Source of the DNA: Candidatus Ozemobacteraceae bacterium
GTDB lineage: Bacteria > Muiribacteriota > Ozemobacteria > Ozemobacterales > Ozemobacteraceae
Reading direction: 5' to 3'
NCBI GenBank assembly: GCA_965140445.1
Contig: OZ223236.1
Span: 4,775,191-4,839,190, forward strand
DNA length: 64,000 nt
Below, in pieces: positions 63,717-64,000 of the stretch (positions within the stretch are counted from its first letter, which is position 1; every line of letters begins with the position of its first letter). The position numbers and the translations under genes were made by a program. Under the pieces are notes generated by a model. That model was not told where the DNA came from and searched no databases. It saw nothing but the letters and a program-made list of their open reading frames with translations.

Positions 63717-64000
63717 ATGAAAAAGTTTGTTTTTACATTCGCCATACTCTGCCTGACATGGTTCGGTCAATCTCAGGCATGTGGCTTTGAAGTTGAGCAT
63801 AGCAAAATACTCAGCTTCACTCATCAGCTAGTTGGAACGAGTAAAATATTTCCCATTATTGATTCTTTAAAAGAAACTGCATGGAATCTTAGAAACGATA
63901 ACAAACCTGATTTAAAAGCCAAACTAGAGACGGTTCATAACTATCTCAAAGCCTGCTCAAAACTAGAAAAACACCTGCATGATTTTGAGATAGAAATATA
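63717..64000 (+). CDS. Small secreted hypothetical protein (partial; continues past the window end)
   Basis: My translation reads MKKFVFTFAILCLTWFGQSQA/CGFEVEHSKILSF... A GGGAG RBS lies upstream, and the frame is open to the window edge. Confidence 0.5.
   Translation, partial: MKKFVFTFAILCLTWFGQSQACGFEVEHSKILSFTHQLVGTSKIFPIIDSLKETAWNLRNDNKPDLKAKLETVHNYLKACSKLEKHLHDFEIEI

Noticed and set aside
1-64000. CRISPR arrays, rRNA genes, IS elements with terminal inverted repeats, retron or DGR reverse transcriptases.
   Set aside because: Scanning the intergenic regions by eye, I found no regularly spaced short direct repeats, rRNA-like segments or RT motifs (YxDD). Intergenic spaces are short except at 41.7-42.0, 43.0-43.3, 55.7-56.3 and 60.8-61.7 kb.

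Overview
64-kb window from an AT-rich bacterial chromosome. It uses the standard genetic code: long ORFs are uninterrupted and TGA/TAA act as stops. Most genes lie on the minus strand. I ran no database search; all calls rest on reading the translations and the DNA by eye.

Most of the window is housekeeping. (1) 1-2.5 kb: a four-subunit-type 2-oxoacid:ferredoxin oxidoreductase (gamma-delta-alpha; alpha runs off the window edge) plus a P-loop protein. (2) 2.6-8.3 kb: a cell-envelope cluster of pseudopilins, an FG-GAP propeller and TPR proteins. (3) glmM. (4) 9.9-17.1 kb: a seven-gene E-DUF2764-A-B-D-I-K V-type ATPase operon. (5) 17.3-19.7 kb: an SLH-domain surface protein. (6) 21.5-41.7 kb: a long minus-strand run with Firmicutes-like synteny, reading ffh-rpsP-KH-rimM-trmD-rplS-lepB-rbgA-phoH-pgpH-ybeY-2x CNNM/TlyC-DUF502-DUF3048-era-HEAT-ntrC-ptsN-ndk. 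(7) 42.0-42.3 kb: an extremely acidic 121-aa protein. (8) 43.8-52.7 kb: a 2976-aa secreted multi-domain protein translationally coupled to a pseudopilin-like gene. (9) 53.5-55.5 kb: two tandem 333-aa GalT/HIT-family paralogs.

The stand-out region is 55.6-61.6 kb. A tRNA-Ala(GGC) gene has its 3' end plus terminator repeated 5.84 kb downstream (63 nt, 61 identical). The repeats bracket an integrase-less, apparently more AT-rich island. The island carries a tightly coupled minus-strand operon: an SH3b-like lipoprotein, a PD-(D/E)xK nuclease-fold protein, and two collinear paralogous large proteins (571 and 594 aa). The large proteins have no NTPase motifs, and each has a C-terminal helical region with an R-x4-6-H (HEPN-like) motif. 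I regard this as the best candidate for an undescribed system, plausibly anti-phage or abortive-infection, but that is inference from architecture only. A secreted ~18-repeat ankyrin protein follows the island.
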